A stretch of DNA of 64,000 nt from Haliotis rufescens (lineage: Eukaryota): the NCBI RefSeq assembly GCF_023055435.1, contig NW_025963890.1:19158001-19222000 (forward strand). Reading direction: 5' to 3'. Both the position numbers and the translations under genes were made by a program. Of the stretch, positions 26,316 through 38,774 are shown in pieces. A model generated the notes under the pieces. It searched no databases, had not been told where the DNA came from, and saw nothing but the letters and a program-made list of their open reading frames with translations. Each line of letters opens with the position of its first letter. Position 1 is the first letter of the stretch.

Positions 26316-29106
26316 GCTGTATGGAGTCCATGTCATCACTGTATGGCGTTCAGTACATCATTGCATGGCGTTCAGTATGGCATTCAGTACATCACTGTAA
26401 GGCTTTCAGTACATCGCTGTATGGCGTTCAGTACATCGCTGTAAGGCGTTCAGTATGGCGTTCAGTACATCACTGTAAGGTGTTCAGAATGGCGTTCAGT
26501 ATATCACTGTATGGCGTTCAGTATATCACTGTATGGCGTTCGGTACATCACTGTAAGGCGTTCAGTATGGCGTTCAGTATATCACTGTATGGCGTTCGGT
26601 ACATCACTGTGAAGCGTTCAGTATGGCGTTCAGTACATCACTGTATGACGTTCAGTATGGCGTTCGGTATATCACTGTATGGCGTTCGGTACATCACTGT
26701 AAAGCGTTCAGTACATTACTGTATGGCGTTCAGTTTGGCGTTCAGTACATCACTGTATGGCATTCAGTACATCACTGTAAGGCTTTCAGTACATCGCTGT
26801 ATGGCGTTCAGTACATCGCTGTAATGTGTTCGGTATGGCGTTCAGTACATCACTGTAGGGCATTCAGTACATCACTGTAAGGCGTTCAGTACATCACTGT
26901 AGGGCATTCAGTACATCACTGTAAGGCTTTCAGTACATCGCTGTATGGCGTTCAGTACATCGCTGTAATGTGTTCGGTATGGCGTTCAGTACATCACTGT
27001 AGGGCATTCAGTACATCACTGTAAGGCGTTCAGTATATCACTGTATGGCGTTCGGTACATCACTGTAAGGCGTTCAGTATGGCGTTCAGTATATCACTGT
27101 ATGGCGTTCGGTACATCACTGTGAAGCGTTCAGTATGGCGTTCAGTACATCACTGTATGACGTTCAGTATGGCGTTCAGTATATCACTCTATGACGTTCG
27201 GTACATCACTGTAAGGCGTTCAGTATGGCGTTCAGTATATCACTGTATGGCGTTCGGTACATCACTGTGAAGCGTTCAGTATGGCGTTCAGTACATCACT
27301 GTATGACGTTCAGTATGGCGTTCGGTATATCACTGTATGGCGTTCGGTACTTCACTGTAAAGCATTCAGTACATCACTGTATGGCGTTCAGTTTGGCGTT
27401 CTATATATCACTGTATGGCGTTTAGTACATCACTGTAAGGCGTTCAGTACATCACTGTATGGCGTTCAGTTTGGCGTTCAGTATATCACTGTATGGCGTT
27501 TAGTACATCACTGTAAGGCGTTCAGTATGGCGTTCCGTATGTCACTGTAAGGCGTGTAGAACATCACTGTATGGCGTTCGGTACATCACTGTAAGGCTTT
27601 CAGTACATCGCTGTATGGCGTTCAGTACATCGCTGTAATGTGTTCGGTATGGCGTTCAGTACATCACTGTAAGGCATTCAGTACATCACTGTAAGGCGTT
27701 CAGTACATCACTGTAGGGCATTCAGTACATCACTGTAAGGCTTTCAGTACATCGCTGTATGGCGTTCAGTACATCGCTGTAATGTGTTCGGTATGGCGTT
27801 CAGTACATCACTGTAGGGCATTCAGTACATCACTGTAAGGCGTTCAGTACATCACTGTAGGGCATTCAGTACATCACTGTAGGGCATTCAGTACATCACT
27901 GTAAGGCTTTTTAGTACATCGCTGTATGGCGTTCAGTACATCGCTGTAAGGCATTCAGTATGGCGTTCAGTACATTACTGTATGGCGTTCGGTACATCAC
28001 TGTAAGGCGTTCAGTATGGCGTTCAGTACATCACTGTAAGGTGTTCAGAATGGCGTAAAGTATATCACTGTATGGCGTTCAGTATATCACTGTATGGCGT
28101 TCGGTACATCACTGTAAGGCGTTCAGTATGGCGTTCAGTATATCACTGTATGGCGTTTGGTACATCACTGTGAAGTGTTCAGTATGGCGTTCAGTACATC
28201 ACTGTATGACGTTCAGTATGGCGTTCGGTATATCACTGTATGGCGTTCGGTACATCACTGTAAAGCATTCAGTACATCACTGTATGGCGTTCAGTTTGGC
28301 GTTCAGTATATCACTGTATGGCGTTTAGTACATCACTGTAAGGCGTTCAGTATGGCGTTCTGTATGTCACTGTAAGGCGTGTAGAACATCACTGTAAGGC
28401 GTTCAGGACATCACTGTAAGGCTTTCAGTACATCGCTGTATGGCGTTCAGTACATCGCTGTAATGTGTTCGGTATGGCGTTCAGTACATCACTGTAAGGC
28501 ATTCAGTACATCACTGTAAGGCGTTCAGTACATCACTGTAGGGCATTCAGTACATCACTGTAAGGCTTTCAGTACATCGCTGTATGGCGTTCAGTACATC
28601 GCTGTAAGGCATTCAGTATGGCGTTCAGTATATCACTGTATGGCGTTCGGTACATCACTGTAAGGCGTTCAGTATGGCGTTCAGTACATCACTGTATGGC
28701 GTTCGGTACATCGCTGTAAGGCGTTCAGTATGGCGTTCAGTATATCACTGTATGGCGTTCGGTACATCACTGTAAGGCGTTCAGTATGGCGTTCAGTATA
28801 TCACTGTATGGCGTTCGGTACATCGCTGTAAGGCGTTCAGTATGGCGTTCAGTATATCACTGTATGGTGTTCGGTACATCGCTGTAAGGCGTTCAGTATG
28901 GCGTTCGGTACATCACTGTAAGGCGTTCAGTATATCACTGTATGGCGTTCAGTACATCGCTGTAAGGCGTTCAGTGTGGCGTTCAGTTTGGCGTTCGGTA
29001 TATCACTGTATGGCGTTCGGTACATCACTGTAAGGCATTCAGTACATCACTGTATGGCGTTCAGTTTGGTGTTCAGTACATCGCTGTGTGGCGTTCAGTA
29101 CATCAC
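26316..29106. repeat. 2.8-kb minisatellite built from 22-nt (TGGCGTTCAGTACATCACTGTA) and 12-nt (TGGCGTTCAGTA) units
   Basis: Directly visible head-to-tail array with variant units and no unique spacers. Confidence 0.95.
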
Positions 29107-29131
29107 ATTGTCTTTAGCCACTTTCCTAAGG

Positions 29132-29385
29132 TGAGTGAGTGAGTTTAACGCGCTTTTAACAGTATTCCAGTTGTATCACGGCGCGTCAGCTTAATATGGG
29201 AGGAAAGCCCGAAGTGATGCAGGTCTCAGATGTTTACCACATCCATGAAACCCATGACAAACCAAGAAACATAATCGGGGCCAACCGGGATTCGAACCCA
29301 CAATCATAGGTTTCTGGCGTGCCCAAGGGACGCAACTCTGCACAGCGAATCCCGGCGCCTTACACGACTTGGCCACCCGTGCCCC
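29132..29385 (-). mobile_element. Family-4 SINE
   Basis: TSD ctttcctaagg at 29121-29131 and 29386-29396; (ACTC)n tail. Confidence 0.8.
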
Positions 29386-30569
29386 CTTTCCTAAGGACCT
29401 CAAGACAGCAAGGGTAAGTACGACTCAACTTGGGATAACTGTGATCAAGATCTTTTATTTCATTATTCTCCATAAACAAGGGATCATCTGAAAAATCTAC
29501 AAATCAATCTTGAAAGATATAAGTACTATTTGTAACATCTGAACACTGATGAGTGATGGAGAAAGATACATGCTCGGTCATGATTCTGGAATGCCTAAGG
29601 GGCGCAACTCTGCAATTCTGCTCAGACGATTGAGCCTCTCGTGAATAATAATATTTATTTTAAAAATGAATTTACATGCACGTTAACAACTCAAGCAATC
29701 ATGTATGACATTTGAGATTTCACTTTGTCCACTTGTAAAACTGTAAAAAAATTACTTTGCTTCATCTTGGTAAGTTTAAAACATGTTCTTATTAAAACAA
29801 TTATACAGCTATATCGTTGACGCATTGATGCGTTTGTACGTTACTAGACAAAACAGAATTTCCCAATATTAGATTGATATATATAATCAATATAATGGAA
29901 TCTACACAAATGGGTAGCATTCGCCTATCTGGACAACAACACAAGCTAATTATGTGTGAAAAATAATTTATTTTAAATATTTCTGATAATTATCTTTAAA
30001 CATATGACAATAAATAATGACAGTGAACTTGAAACATTTGACAGCTGGTACGAATACAGAGTCATGTATGCAGAGTAAGAGTTAATTCATGTATATACTA
30101 CTCAACTTCTGATAGGGTTAATGAGCTATGTCGTTCTATTTCAATATAAACTTGACATATTATGAGAATCACTTTTGTGTATCACGGACAGATAAATATA
30201 TCCCTATCAAAAGTAGAGTAGTTTATCAAAACGATAATATTAGTGTGTATATGTATAGAAACAGGTGTACAAGTTCCAAACATAAAATTACATCTGTCCT
30301 GTATGTTAGGGTTAGGGGTGTTTGAACCTTGCTGACGTTCAAGAAGCATATTTTGCTATTTGACATAATAATTCAAACAATATCTTAAAAAACTTAAGGC
30401 TTTAGGATATGACGAATATTGAGCTATACAAGTAAAGGGAAGGACTTATACTTATGTCCGATTTGATTATTAAATCGCATGCTGAAGAGAACCAATGCGA
30501 TTTTCTATGAAGAAAATTGAAGTAATATCATTTCATTCGGATCCAATCGTCTCATTCCGCAGTGGAGTC

Positions 30570-30718
30570 GTGTATACTACTCAAATTTTGATAGGCAGCG
30601 TATATACTACTCAACTTTTGATAGGCAGCGTATATACTACTCAACTTTTTGATAGGCAGCGTATATACTACTCAACTTTTTTATAGGCAGCATATATACT
30701 ACTCAACTTTTGATAGGG
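30570..30718. repeat. About 30-nt tandem repeat, five copies (GTATATACTACTCAACTTTTGATAGGCAGC)
   Basis: Five adjacent copies; a solitary copy at about 30091-30117. Confidence 0.85.
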
Positions 30719-31028
30719 ATATATTTTATCTTTCCATGATATATATATAATGAGATATCTCACTATCCCTTTCGAAGATTGAGTAGTATACAGTTCGCAT
30801 AATTTGAAACTGCTTCTTGAGACAGTTAGGCATACAATTTGATTGGAAGACAAAATCAAAAGGAAACGATTTGAACAATCATATTTAGGTTCATGACTAC
30901 CGCAGATTGCGTTGTGTCATGTGACAGTCTCGTGCACGATACTACTTCCAATATGAATTCCTGTCAGTGCTGGCCGATGGGTATTGGTCTGTTACGGTCC
31001 GAGTGAATATCGTTTGAGAAGAGTAAGT

Positions 31029-34000
31029 TTAAGGAGTAACTGCATCCATGTCGTCGAATCCCAGCTTGCAACAGGCGGGGATGGGATCGGAACAGACTTG
31101 TCTGCCATCAACACCAGTTGTCAAAGTTGAACACAACTGAAATGCAAAGAAATTAGATGTAAACGACTTCTCATTATTCAAGTAACACCATGGCGGTGGA
31201 CGCAAAGGAAGGTTTTCATACATTTCACCAGTGCGTGTCTTTGAAATATTTGTTTGCCAAATTGACAGTCATATTGTTTAAGATTGTGCATTCGTCCTCA
31301 TTATATATACAAGTGACACGCCACTATTTGGATAAAGTACTACCGATGTGGCGTAAATTTCAACTCGCTTAACTAAACTAGTGAGTAAATATGTTTTTGG
31401 TCATAATCCAGTCATCTATTACACATTACATCATTGTGACGAATCGTACCCGTGTCTTGGGCGCGACGGGTCAAAGCTTTTACCACTTGGCTACCTAACT
31501 GCCTTTAGGAATCGACAAACAATGGTAAATGAGAAAGTTAATACGTACTTCATGTAACTACGAAACTTAAAGTTAAATTTAAAGTTGTATACTCCCCAGG
31601 GAGATGAGAATGAAATTAGACCACACATTGATTCAATGACTTGAGTAATAATAACGTAGCGCAATGAGCATTCACTTGGGGAGTGGAATAACGCATCATA
31701 AGTGGGCTTATAATACAGATACGAATATTATCCAATAACAGATTCACCTTTAATATATATCTATGAAGATCACCATGGAAAGAAACTGAATGAAACTGGT
31801 AAACACTATCAGGTAAATGTTTACTTTAACTTTATAAACATAAACTTAAAATCGGAGGTAAAACCTACCGCAAGACCACGTCCAGCGTAGAGGTCAAGGT
31901 CGTTGAATGGAAGGTTGGCAAGGTTGACGTTGTTCTGCTGGTTGGCCGAGAGGGTGACGGTAGCAAGGACGCCACGGTTGCTGGAACCGAAGCCCATACT
32001 CCACATACCCCATCTTGGGTTACTGGAACATATCATAGTATTAATTATTTCAGGGTAGTGTTTTATTGTTGTACAATGTTTCGCAAAAGACTGATATACC
32101 AATTTGCAAGTAATGAAGTTAAATAATTAAATTGTTCGCATTAGCTCAATCGTTAAAGGCGGAATAAAGTAACAAGGATAATGTAATGTCGACGATTCAA
32201 GGACTACGATGTTCCACTGCAGTCTTATCCGACATGACGTCTCATCCAACATCGTATTTTATACGAAGCTAATTACTAACAATACTAGATGATATAGGGT
32301 AGTCTCACCGGTATCAATACATCAATGTAAATAACAGGGACAAATCCATTCCCTTATTCATAAAAAAACTGTACGATTCCGATTGAATCATAAGCACGTA
32401 TTTCTGAATAACTATGACATAGTAGATATAAAAGGTGAGCGTATCCTGCCTCGTCGGTCCACCCGTCACAAACACATGCAAATACAAGTCAATTGTTCAC
32501 TTGAAAGAAAACACGTAAACTTATGATACAAATCAAAATAGTGAACTCCATCAGTCATCATTTTTGTCACTGATGCGTCAAATTACGATATTATAAGAAT
32601 GTGTGCATTAAATAGTGAAGATGCTAGATGTGTGCAAAAAGGTGAGTGTATCGTGCCCCACGTCACAAACACACGTGAAGGCAAGTCAATTATTCACTTG
32701 AAAAAAAACACGTGAACACATGGCACATGCATAAATTGGACATTGCACCAGACATAATTTGCGGGTCAATGATCCTATTGAGCAAGAGTCATATTGGCGC
32801 AATCGAGGCACATGATGTGTCGATTCGTGTTAATGGGGTTTCACGAATGACTATAACAAACTGCAACTCTTACCTAGCAAGGACTGGACCAAGACCGTCA
32901 GAAGTACAACCAGCCTCTGTACGGGACCTCTCTGTCAGGACAACGCTGAATGTTCCTGTTCCTGTTGTGGAGCTGATAGTCATGGATCCTGACGGACTGC
33001 TTCTAACCCACTGGAGCGGAAGATCAAGACCATTCAGAACATTTGTTTTGCCGGCATTCTAGAGCATCTCTGGAAACTTCTTAAAAAGCTATAACGTATT
33101 GCGGATACATTGAAAGGTCGAAAACGAAGACAAGTTCAATTCTCCACCAGACATATACAGCATGTGATTAATCCTGTTTATTTATTTAAAGCATTAATTG
33201 TTTATTGTCAAGCAAGTCTATCTCTATATATAAGTACTATGTAGCTACCAGCTGACTCGTCTCGCATCAAAACACGGGGCTGTGTACTCGCGGGCAGATG
33301 ACCACGGAGCTCGCTGATCACTGTGTCGGATTAACGAGACTGATTAATGAGTGATTTCGGTCATTCGTTGCAAATTAGGTGTGTCGGAGTCGGAGTGCGA
33401 GACTGTCGGATTAACGGGTCTAAATAGCACTGATTTAATCGGTTCCCATCATGAGTGTCGGATAAAGCCGATTGTCGGATTAACGAGACTTGACTGTATG
33501 TACAGTTCCCAGGTCCTGTTGTATAAGGAGTTCGTTACATACATGGCGGAAATGAAAAAAGTTGTATATATTCACAAAATTCTTTATGCTATCAAACTGT
33601 CGACGATAGTTTGCTAACCGGTGAGAGAAAGGTTTGAAAACTGGAGGGAGATAAATTTCTTAATAACTTATTAATAATGTGTATATAGACTTACAAATTG
33701 TGGCCCTGTCGTCTAAGACGCAGCAATTCGCTGTGCAGAACGTAGGCTCGAATCCCATATTCGCCTTGATTATGTTCTTAATTTGTCAGGCCTTAGATTT
33801 CACGAACGAATTAAACGTCTAAGACCTGCATTCAACATCAAGTCAACGACGTCAAAAGCGGCGTTAAACCCACACAACTACTCCGCATCTAATATTTAAA
33901 ACTTACCCCCGATGCTGCTCTTCTCAGGGTGACTGATCCGGTGAAGCCTGTAGCGGTGAAGGCACAGGTAATTGTAGTATCTGAAACAAAAACAATTCCT

Positions 34001-35704
34001 CAAATACTGATGCCATGGTAACAGTTTATTTTTAATTACGGAAAATATGTTATGGTTTGTACACAAACTCCTTGATTCATCTCATTCCAATTAATGTACA
34101 TAAATTTCATAACAGTCAAATCACGGATGGGAGAACTAACAATGAGCTTAACACATTGTACCTTGTGAGAATGGATGGGGTGACCGAAAGCTATAACCAA
34201 TATGCTTCAAGTCCTCATTACATGTATATAATGAGAAAATGATTGACAGACATTTTTCATATAAATCACTATTGTAACATGAAAGTGAGTATTATCTCAA
34301 ATATGATTCGTCAGAGAAGAGTGTCGATTGAGCACGATCGTTTAGGGACTTATCGCCGTGTACAGATAGATACATATGAAAACGGGTCGTTTTTCTTCGA
34401 AATCATCAAAATGAAGAAGATCAGACTTATCGGCGAATTTGATGAAATATTTGACTATAACTTTATGGTTATAAACATTGTTTATGTCATGTCACAAATT
34501 CCCATTTCTATAGTTCTATGGGTTTGTATTGTTCCGATTCTATCACTGTTGGGTCTACTTTGAAATATGTAGATGTATGTTGAACTTCACGGAACTACTC
34601 ACTCAGGATTCTTTGCTGTGGGTTGAATCCCCATCCTAAACCAGCAGCTCCTCCTGTAAGCCCAGTTATTGGCAGACCGGCTCCGAAACCTGCGCCAGGG
34701 AACCCAAATCTACCTGCACCAAACCCAGCTGGACTACCGATTCCTGCAGCACTTGAACCAGACACAGGGCTCCATCCAGAGGAAGGCGAACTGGCCTGGC
34801 TAGATCCCCATCCACTTTGGCTGGATCCCCATCCGCTTTGGCTGGATCCCCATCCGCTTTGGCTAGATCCCCATCCGCTTTGGCTAGATCCCAATCCGCT
34901 TTGGCTAGATCCTAGTCCGCCGTTCCGCGAACTTGAACCGGCTCCTGAAGCCAATCCAACACTTGCACTTGAAGATCCAGATTGCATACCAACCATACCA
35001 GAACCCATGCCAAATGGAGAACCTCCTCCCATGCCCCCTATCACACTTCCTCCAAAGCCACCCATTGCACCCGCACGCATTGCACCTCCTCCCAAGCCGC
35101 CCATTGCACCTTCTCCGAAGCCACCCATTGCACCACCACGCATTGCACCACCACCCATTGCACCTCCCCCTAAACCACCCATTGCACCTCCCCCTAAGCC
35201 ACCCATTGCACCTCTCCCTAAGCCACCCATTGCACCTCCCCCTAAGCCACCCATTGCACCTCCCCCTAAACCACCCATTGCACCTCCCCCTAAACCACCC
35301 ATTGCACCTCCACCTAAGCCACCCATTGCACCTCCCCCTAAACCACCCATTGCACCTCCCCCTAAACCACCCATTGCACCTCCACCTAAGCCACCCATTG
35401 CACCTCCCCCTAAACCACCCATTGCACCTCCCCCTAAGCCACCCATTGCACCTCTCCCTAAGCCACCCATTGCACCTCCCCCTAAACCACCCATTGCACC
35501 TCCCCCTAAACCACCCATTGCACCTCCACCTAAACCACCCATTGCACCTCCCCCTAAACCACCCATTGCACCCCCGCCCATGCCACCAGTTGCACCGCCC
35601 CCAAAAACACCCATTGGACCGCCAATACCACCTCCCATGCTACCCAACTGACCAAAGGCCATCTTGGCCATCAAAGCTACCACTGTTACAATAGAGAGAG
35701 ACAT
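31029..35704 (-). CDS. Gene D: secreted Gly/Met-rich repetitive protein with degenerate Cu/Zn-SOD-like domain (about 524 aa)
   Basis: Exons 35704-34603 (MSLSIVTVVALMAKMAFG|QLG..., GGAMGGLG and SSQSGWG repeats), 33980-33907 (TTITCAFTATGFTGSVTLRRAASG), 33010-32874 (...GTFSVVLTERSRTEAGCTSDGLGPVLA), 32022-31869 (...RGVLATVTL...YAGRGLA) and 31136-31029 (LCSTLTTGVDGRQVCSDPIPACCKLGFDDMDAVTP*). Total 1575 nt. Confidence 0.9.
35150..35570 (-). repeat. Coding 24-nt repeat (GGAMGGLG), about 17 copies, in gene D exon 1
   Basis: Directly visible; the two Arg-variant units lie 240 nt apart. Confidence 0.9.
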
Positions 35705-35751
35705 GCTGGTCGATAGTGAAATCAAATACACTCCAGGTCTCGGTGACCTTA

Positions 35752-35762
35752 TGTTATATACC
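35752..35762 (-). promoter_or_regulatory. TATA box of gene D
   Basis: TATATAA on the minus strand about 50 nt upstream of the ATG at 35704. Confidence 0.5.
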
Positions 35763-36168
35763 CAAACTCTGACGATTACGTAGTGTCAAAATCACTCATA
35801 ACGCTAATCCCTTGTGCGTCATTTTCGTAACCATCCTTTATTACACAACATGGACGTTGGTCACTTCCTCATTCGCCAAGCCCACCAGCATGTACATACA
35901 GTGTATAATTTGTTTTTTGTTTGTTTTCATACACACCACGTTTTATTATTAGGCGTATATAATTATGAAACGTTTCATGTTTTACACCCACGAATTGTTT
36001 TACAGTGGCAATTTGTATGTAGTAAGTCTCACATCATGTCTCAATGTATGTTCATTGCTTTTGTTCTTGCTATTTATATAACGAACTCATGATAAGATTC
36101 AAATTAACCATTATCAAGTTGTCTTGTGTATTCAGCCAGAGTGAAAAGATAAAATATCTAAATTATGT

Positions 36169-36287
36169 GGGGCGGTGGGGTTACCTTGTGGTTAAAGCGT
36201 TCTCGGTTCCCCATATGTCAAAGCGTCCTGATATTGCTGGTATATTGCTAAAAGCGGCGTAAATCCATACTCACTCTCCCACTCACC
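36169..36287 (+). mobile_element. Internally deleted family-1 SINE
   Basis: Head and tail retained. TSD aaattatgt at 36160-36168 and 36288-36296. Confidence 0.7.
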
Positions 36288-38609
36288 AAATTATGTTTAT
36301 TTGCTTTCTAGATACTATTTCTTTCATGCTTCTAGAGTTTTTTTCCCCAACTTTTTTTTGATAATTGAAAACGGCGTAAAACCATACTCACTCACTCACT
36401 GATAATTGAAAATCCACGAGTTACACAATCCCTTGCATACCCACGCGGTTAAAGGTAACTTGGATGGTAAGAATTTCTTTCAATGTTGAATGCGACAATT
36501 GTGAGGTGGATTGGATAGGGATTATGCACCAGAAAAGAAAAAGGGTGCTGCGGAGGAGATACTAATACCAAGACAACAAAAGGAAGATCCAAGAATCTGG
36601 AAATATATGACATACTGTCTTCTTTGAGAGGCATTTAGAAATTGGAGTACTAACGATATGTTTTAACACCATTATCAAGCAGGTCAGGGGCGACATTTTC
36701 ACTTGCTTGATAACGGTGTTAGAATCTACACCGAAACGTCGCACCTGTAACATAGAAGTTGTTCATCTAAATAACTTATCGTTACTTATCCCATACTGTC
36801 TCGGGCAGACACTATACCGCAAAGGCCATTTTACTGCACGGTGTCATGAGACTTGCATACATAATTCTATTTTTAAGACTAAACTATATTGAACGCATGT
36901 TTATTTGCCAATAAAAAACACAAGGAAGACACTGAGAATTCGAAAATATAACCTACACAGCCTCGGGCAGAAATTACACGGTAAAGGACTTTTAGTGTAC
37001 GTCGTTACGTAACTATACACAACAATAAAAGCCGACATATTGGAATTTATCCCATGGCAATTCGCCAACAGCAATATAACAGTAAGGAGGAACTAGCTAG
37101 TACCAGAAGTCAGGTCATTCACGCATTACTTATTTCATATGATATATCAAGATTTATCGTACAGATAATATATCAAACAAATTACATAGAGACAGTTGGG
37201 AGATAAACGTTATTTGTTTTCAGATTTGCGGTTGTTATTGAGAATTTGATGCACGGAAGTTACATCGATTGTATCGTTAAATAAATTGGTTGAGACGCGT
37301 GTTTCAAATGGATGTCAGATAATAAACAACATTATATATTTTATGTTACCGCGTAGGCATACGTAGTGAGCAGAAAAGAGCAGTTTGTTTGTTCAACGCC
37401 GTACCCAGAATATTTAGCTATAAGGTTGCGGATGGAGTGTGGATCAGATAATCCGATGAGCAACCATCGCTGTTGTTCGGGTACGATGACACACAGTACA
37501 CCATGTTAGACGACTGTGCTGTTCTAACATCGCCTTAATGGCTATGTCATATAAAAACACACTCATTGTGACAAAGCATAATGAGGGTAAATTACATCAA
37601 ACTTCATTTTAATCTGAAGGCATCCGTCGCAATAACTGTTCAAAGCGGCCACAAAACCACGTCAGTTCAGTCAGCTCAGTCAGTTGTCTTATAAAGATGC
37701 AGTGTAAATATGATGTCTTGTAAATGAAACATCTTGGCTTATATGCATAATTTGGCAATGGAGGTGACCACAAACAATGTGGTGTAGCCGGATGAATAAA
37801 TCGTCAGCACGACACACCGAAAAACCAGGTTCGATTCTCACCATGGATGTGAAGTGTTAAGCTCATTTCCAGTGTTTTGGAACGTTGCTGTTTACCTTCA
37901 TTTGCAATGCAGTCAGTGTTAAGTTTACAGGACAATTTGATAATAAAACTATCCATATAATTTTGGCTATTGTCATAATAGTTACAATTGCATAACTTGA
38001 CACCATCACGTGGAATTATGATGAACCTCATGTAATGCATGCATAATTATTTTTCGATATATAGAACTATACAGAAAATTTCGTGTGACTGATAGAAGTA
38101 TTTTATTTGCTTCTTTGTCTGGTTGTGAATCAATATTTTGGCAAATTCAATATTATATCTGTGAATTGTTTTCTGAGACATTGAGGTCTAACAAATAATG
38201 ACGCGTTTTATATGATTTCACTAAGTTTACGACAATTAATCGAAAAAACCCTGCTAATTGCACGCTTCGTTACCGAATCATTTGCGTAGCAGGGTGAAGA
38301 TATGACCTTATTCCTATAAGTAACAAACACAATGTAGGATACAACATTATATAAATGTACCCGAATCTAAAATTACCTATGATTCAAGTGATCAAAATTT
38401 AAATATTACAGTCAATTCCAACAAGTGTTGCTTGTTAACACATTGTCTCAGGTAAACAATCAATGCACACATGACATTAACGATCATCAAGTCAATGTCA
38501 TTAAGCAATAAAGTAATTAAGGAAATAATGCAACAACGATTAAGTTCGAAATATGTGAATAGCATAATTGCATAACCTAATCTAACGCTGTAGCCGTAAC
38601 TCTCTAATA

Positions 38610-38720
38610 GCCAGTCCTTAATTACATCAGGTACATGGGATAGGACTTCCGATTGGTCACCTCTTTTATTTCTGAGACATAATTAATTACCAGCTTATTA
38701 TTCCTGTAGTGTATATAAAC
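38610..38720 (+). promoter_or_regulatory. Proximal promoter of gene E (inverted CCAAT, TAATTAATTA, TATATAAA)
   Basis: GATTGG at 38651-38656 and TATATAAA at 38712-38719. The block is conserved upstream of F (about 47353-47463), G (about 54760-54868) and H (about 62293-62403). Confidence 0.6.
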
Positions 38721-38774
38721 CCGGTCAGATAGATACCAGCATTATCTCAGGTTCTTCTCGAGTACAAATCTACC

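Noticed and set aside
26316-29106. CRISPR-like array or repeat-protein ORFs
   Set aside because: Units are head-to-tail with no unique spacers, the context is eukaryotic with no cas genes, and the ORFs are by-products of the repeat.
30570-30718. 30-nt repeats of CRISPR-like length
   Set aside because: No spacers between copies.
34623-35694. Long plus-strand ORFs (342 aa PPKPPIAP extensin-like; 253 aa His/Pro/Leu-rich)
   Set aside because: Antisense shadows of the Gly/Met repeat of gene D. Only the minus frame has a signal peptide, a TATA box and splice continuity into the conserved domain.
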